NCBI GenBank assembly: GCA_002269645.1 | Contig: NIVC01000242.1 | Span: 23,449-87,448 of the forward strand | DNA: 64,000 nt | From: Macrostomum lignano | Lineage: Eukaryota | Direction: 5' to 3' | Shown here: piece after piece, positions 61,760 to 64,000 of the stretch | Layout: each line of letters begins with the position of its first letter | How positions within the stretch are numbered: position 1 is the stretch's first letter | Made by a program: the position numbers and the translations under genes | The notes under the pieces: generated by a model | Told to the model about the DNA's origin: nothing | The model's database searches: none | What the model saw: the letters and a program-made list of their open reading frames with translations, nothing else

Positions 61760-62041
61760 TTTTTATTCAATTTAGATTTAAATAGGCATAGGTTTTTAGT
61801 GTTCTTCGCTGAAACAATTTAAATGATGTTCAGACATTCTTAAATTGTGCTTAAAAGTTAACAAAATTATCTTCAGAAGCAAGGCAATAAATATTGCAGA
61901 GTATTATTTTCTCTAAAAACTGCTTACAAAATAATTTTAATGGAGAAAAAAACTAAAAACAAGCATTATTAAGATAGGAGATAGTATGATTAAAGACCAC
62001 TTGTACACTTCTTTATCATATTTCTGAAGACCAAAGGGGTT

Positions 62042-62275
62042 GGGGTTGTAGCCTAGTGGTTAGTGTTGGAATCATGACTTGAAGGTCAGGGGTTCGATTC
62101 CCAATCCCACTGGAACAATTTGTGTCCTCGAGCAAGACACTCAACTCTGCATTGCTTCAGTTCACCCAGCTGTAAAATGGGTGCCAGCATTAGCTGGAGT
62201 AATTGAGGGTGTGGCGACCCCCCAATCCTAGTACTGAACAGCCATATGCAGCCTTCAGATGCATCACACAATAGC
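62042..62275 (+). mobile_element. tRNA-derived CORE-like SINE, second copy
   Basis: Alignable over its whole length with 14592-14839. Confidence 0.85.
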
Positions 62276-62371
62276 TGCAGCTGAGCTGTCAGTTGCACAT
62301 CTAGCCCAATTGGCAATTGAGGCAGCCCACTGAAAAACAGAGAAGGATTTTGGTTTGGATTTTTTAGTTCA

Positions 62372-62750
62372 GCGGGATATTCTCTTTATCCATTCAGTGA
62401 GAGAATATCCAGTTGTTTCTTTGGATAAGTGATGCCAACTTTACATATCCGGATGTTTTGTTTAGATAAGTCACATATCCGGGTGATAGTCTAGATATTT
62501 GTCCGGATACAACTTGTCCAGATATAGCAGAGTATCCAAACCAAGTGGTTTGGTATCCAGATGAAAAGTTCAGAAATTTTTGTCCAGATAAGTCACATAT
62601 CCGGGTGATAGTCTAGATATTCATCCAGGTATGACTTGTCCAGATATAATTCAGATAAAATGTCATATCTAGATATATCTGGCCATTTATTTGGAAAAGT
62701 GCCCCTATCCGGATCCAGATACACTATATCCAAACCAAATATCTGTCCCT
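62372..62750. mobile_element. Degenerate DNA-element relic rich in ATCC(A/G)GAT motifs
   Basis: Many ATCCGG/ATCCAG motifs; an internal direct duplication (agataagtcacatatccgggtgatagtctagatat); weakly complementary ends. Confidence 0.45.
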
Positions 62751-63145
62751 ATTTTTCAGCAAGAGGTGTAATCAAATTTTATTATTATTGTTATTGAAGA
62801 CCAACATAATAAATGAGCAAGATTTATTGCTGCTATATATGCAGAACCAAGTGAAAAGGTTTATGAAGACTAACTTCTCAATAATAATTTAGCTATCAGT
62901 ATGGTAACATTGCTAGAAAACTATTAAAGTACAAACCTATAGCATAATTTATTACTTGGTAATTTACAAATATTGCATTAAGTATATAATACAGGCCTAT
63001 TAGGACAACAATAATGATTTAGGCCTATTTATAGTCTTACTATTTATTGAATTAGGCATGTTACATAGACTTAGCATTATATATATTCTTATATTCCTAT
63101 TCTTATAATTCTATAATTTATAATCTTTATCACTAGGACCATGAA

Positions 63146-63317
63146 AATGCTCGGGCACAACCTAGGGATTCACCCAGCCATTTCTATTGGCAACACACAC
63201 ATGTAAGTTGCTATTGGATAGAATAGTAGTCATGTGACTGCTCTCAGCCAATAGCGACTTACATGTATATGTTGCCAATAGAAACAGCCAGGTGAATCCT
63301 AAGGTTGCGCATGTATG
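63146..63317. mobile_element. Palindromic hAT MITE sharing the GTTGCGCATGTATG terminus
   Basis: Right TIR identical to that of the 50748 element; about 65-bp imperfect arms; flanks accatgaa/accatgac; left TIR decayed. Confidence 0.75.
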
Positions 63318-63826
63318 ACCATGACTTTAGATTAAAGGAAAGTCTAACAAACATGAAGATTTTATTAAATTTGTATAAAGAAACTTTAATGTTTTTATAG
63401 ATCAATTTATACCTAGCAATAAAATACTTTTAAATGATAAGAATAAGCATTTATATTAAGGCTATTATAGCCTATATTTTATTCTTGATTTACCTAAGCT
63501 AATATCTTTATTTAGGAGAATGGCTAGGTTTATAAATGCATCTTTTCCTAAGATTCTTTCACTTGAATTGCTACTAAATATTATATACTTGAATTTACTC
63601 TCTACTTTATTTCATTTTAATCTTTTTTAATATCTTACTTATCAATACTATACATATATGCACAACCCCGTGGGCCCTAATTTACAAATATAATTTAAAC
63701 AATGAAAAGAAACTATAAGTTATTTTGTATTTAAAAATGTACATACTAAATATGAATATTGCTATAGAATATTAGCAAATTGAAATAGTTCTTAATATTT
63801 TTTCTTATTTCAAAACTTAATATATA

Positions 63827-64000
63827 TGAGGGTCAGTCAAAAAGTAATGATAATTTTGTTCTCACAAGTCTCAAACTTTAAATGGAAATCTACTTTTCAA
63901 CATAGTCCCCCTCCAGGGTCAGTGATGCAGAGGTGCAGTGTCGCCATCTCTCTAGGCCGTTTGCGTAGAACTCAGGAGGCTGTGCAGCAAGCTACTGTAC
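63827..64000 (+). mobile_element. Left end of another mariner-like element
   Basis: TA followed by TGAGGGTCAGTCAAAAAGTAATG, a (C)GAGGG...AAAAGT mariner-type terminus; continues beyond the window. Confidence 0.5.

Overview
Metazoan genomic DNA: GC-rich, Ala/Pro/Gln-rich exons, GT-AG introns filled with minisatellites, and AT-rich spacers crowded with DNA transposons. The style suggests a flatworm such as Macrostomum (inference only). Host genes: par-3/bazooka (+, 9 exons, 8194-29379), an orphan single-TM protein (+), a protein with two FAR1/ZSWIM3-like zinc fingers flanking ankyrin repeats (-), a 26/29-kDa-type cathepsin L-like protease (-) and NDC1 (-). The left edge holds a CACTA/EnSpm transposase ORF that the supplied track misses because it runs off the window. 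Directly upstream is a 7-exon, 409-aa gene with a BEN-like domain, probably the element's accessory gene. Other mobile DNA: an intact DD34D mariner, tRNA-derived CORE-like SINEs, an RTE tail inserted in a foldback, and several hAT MITEs. One hAT MITE carries a 64-nt piece of 28S rRNA centred on the R2/I-PpoI target site, with only the cleavage core rewritten. Three genes each need one extra base at a short G/C run, most likely long-read assembly errors. No CRISPR array, intact tRNA gene or intact rRNA gene was seen.
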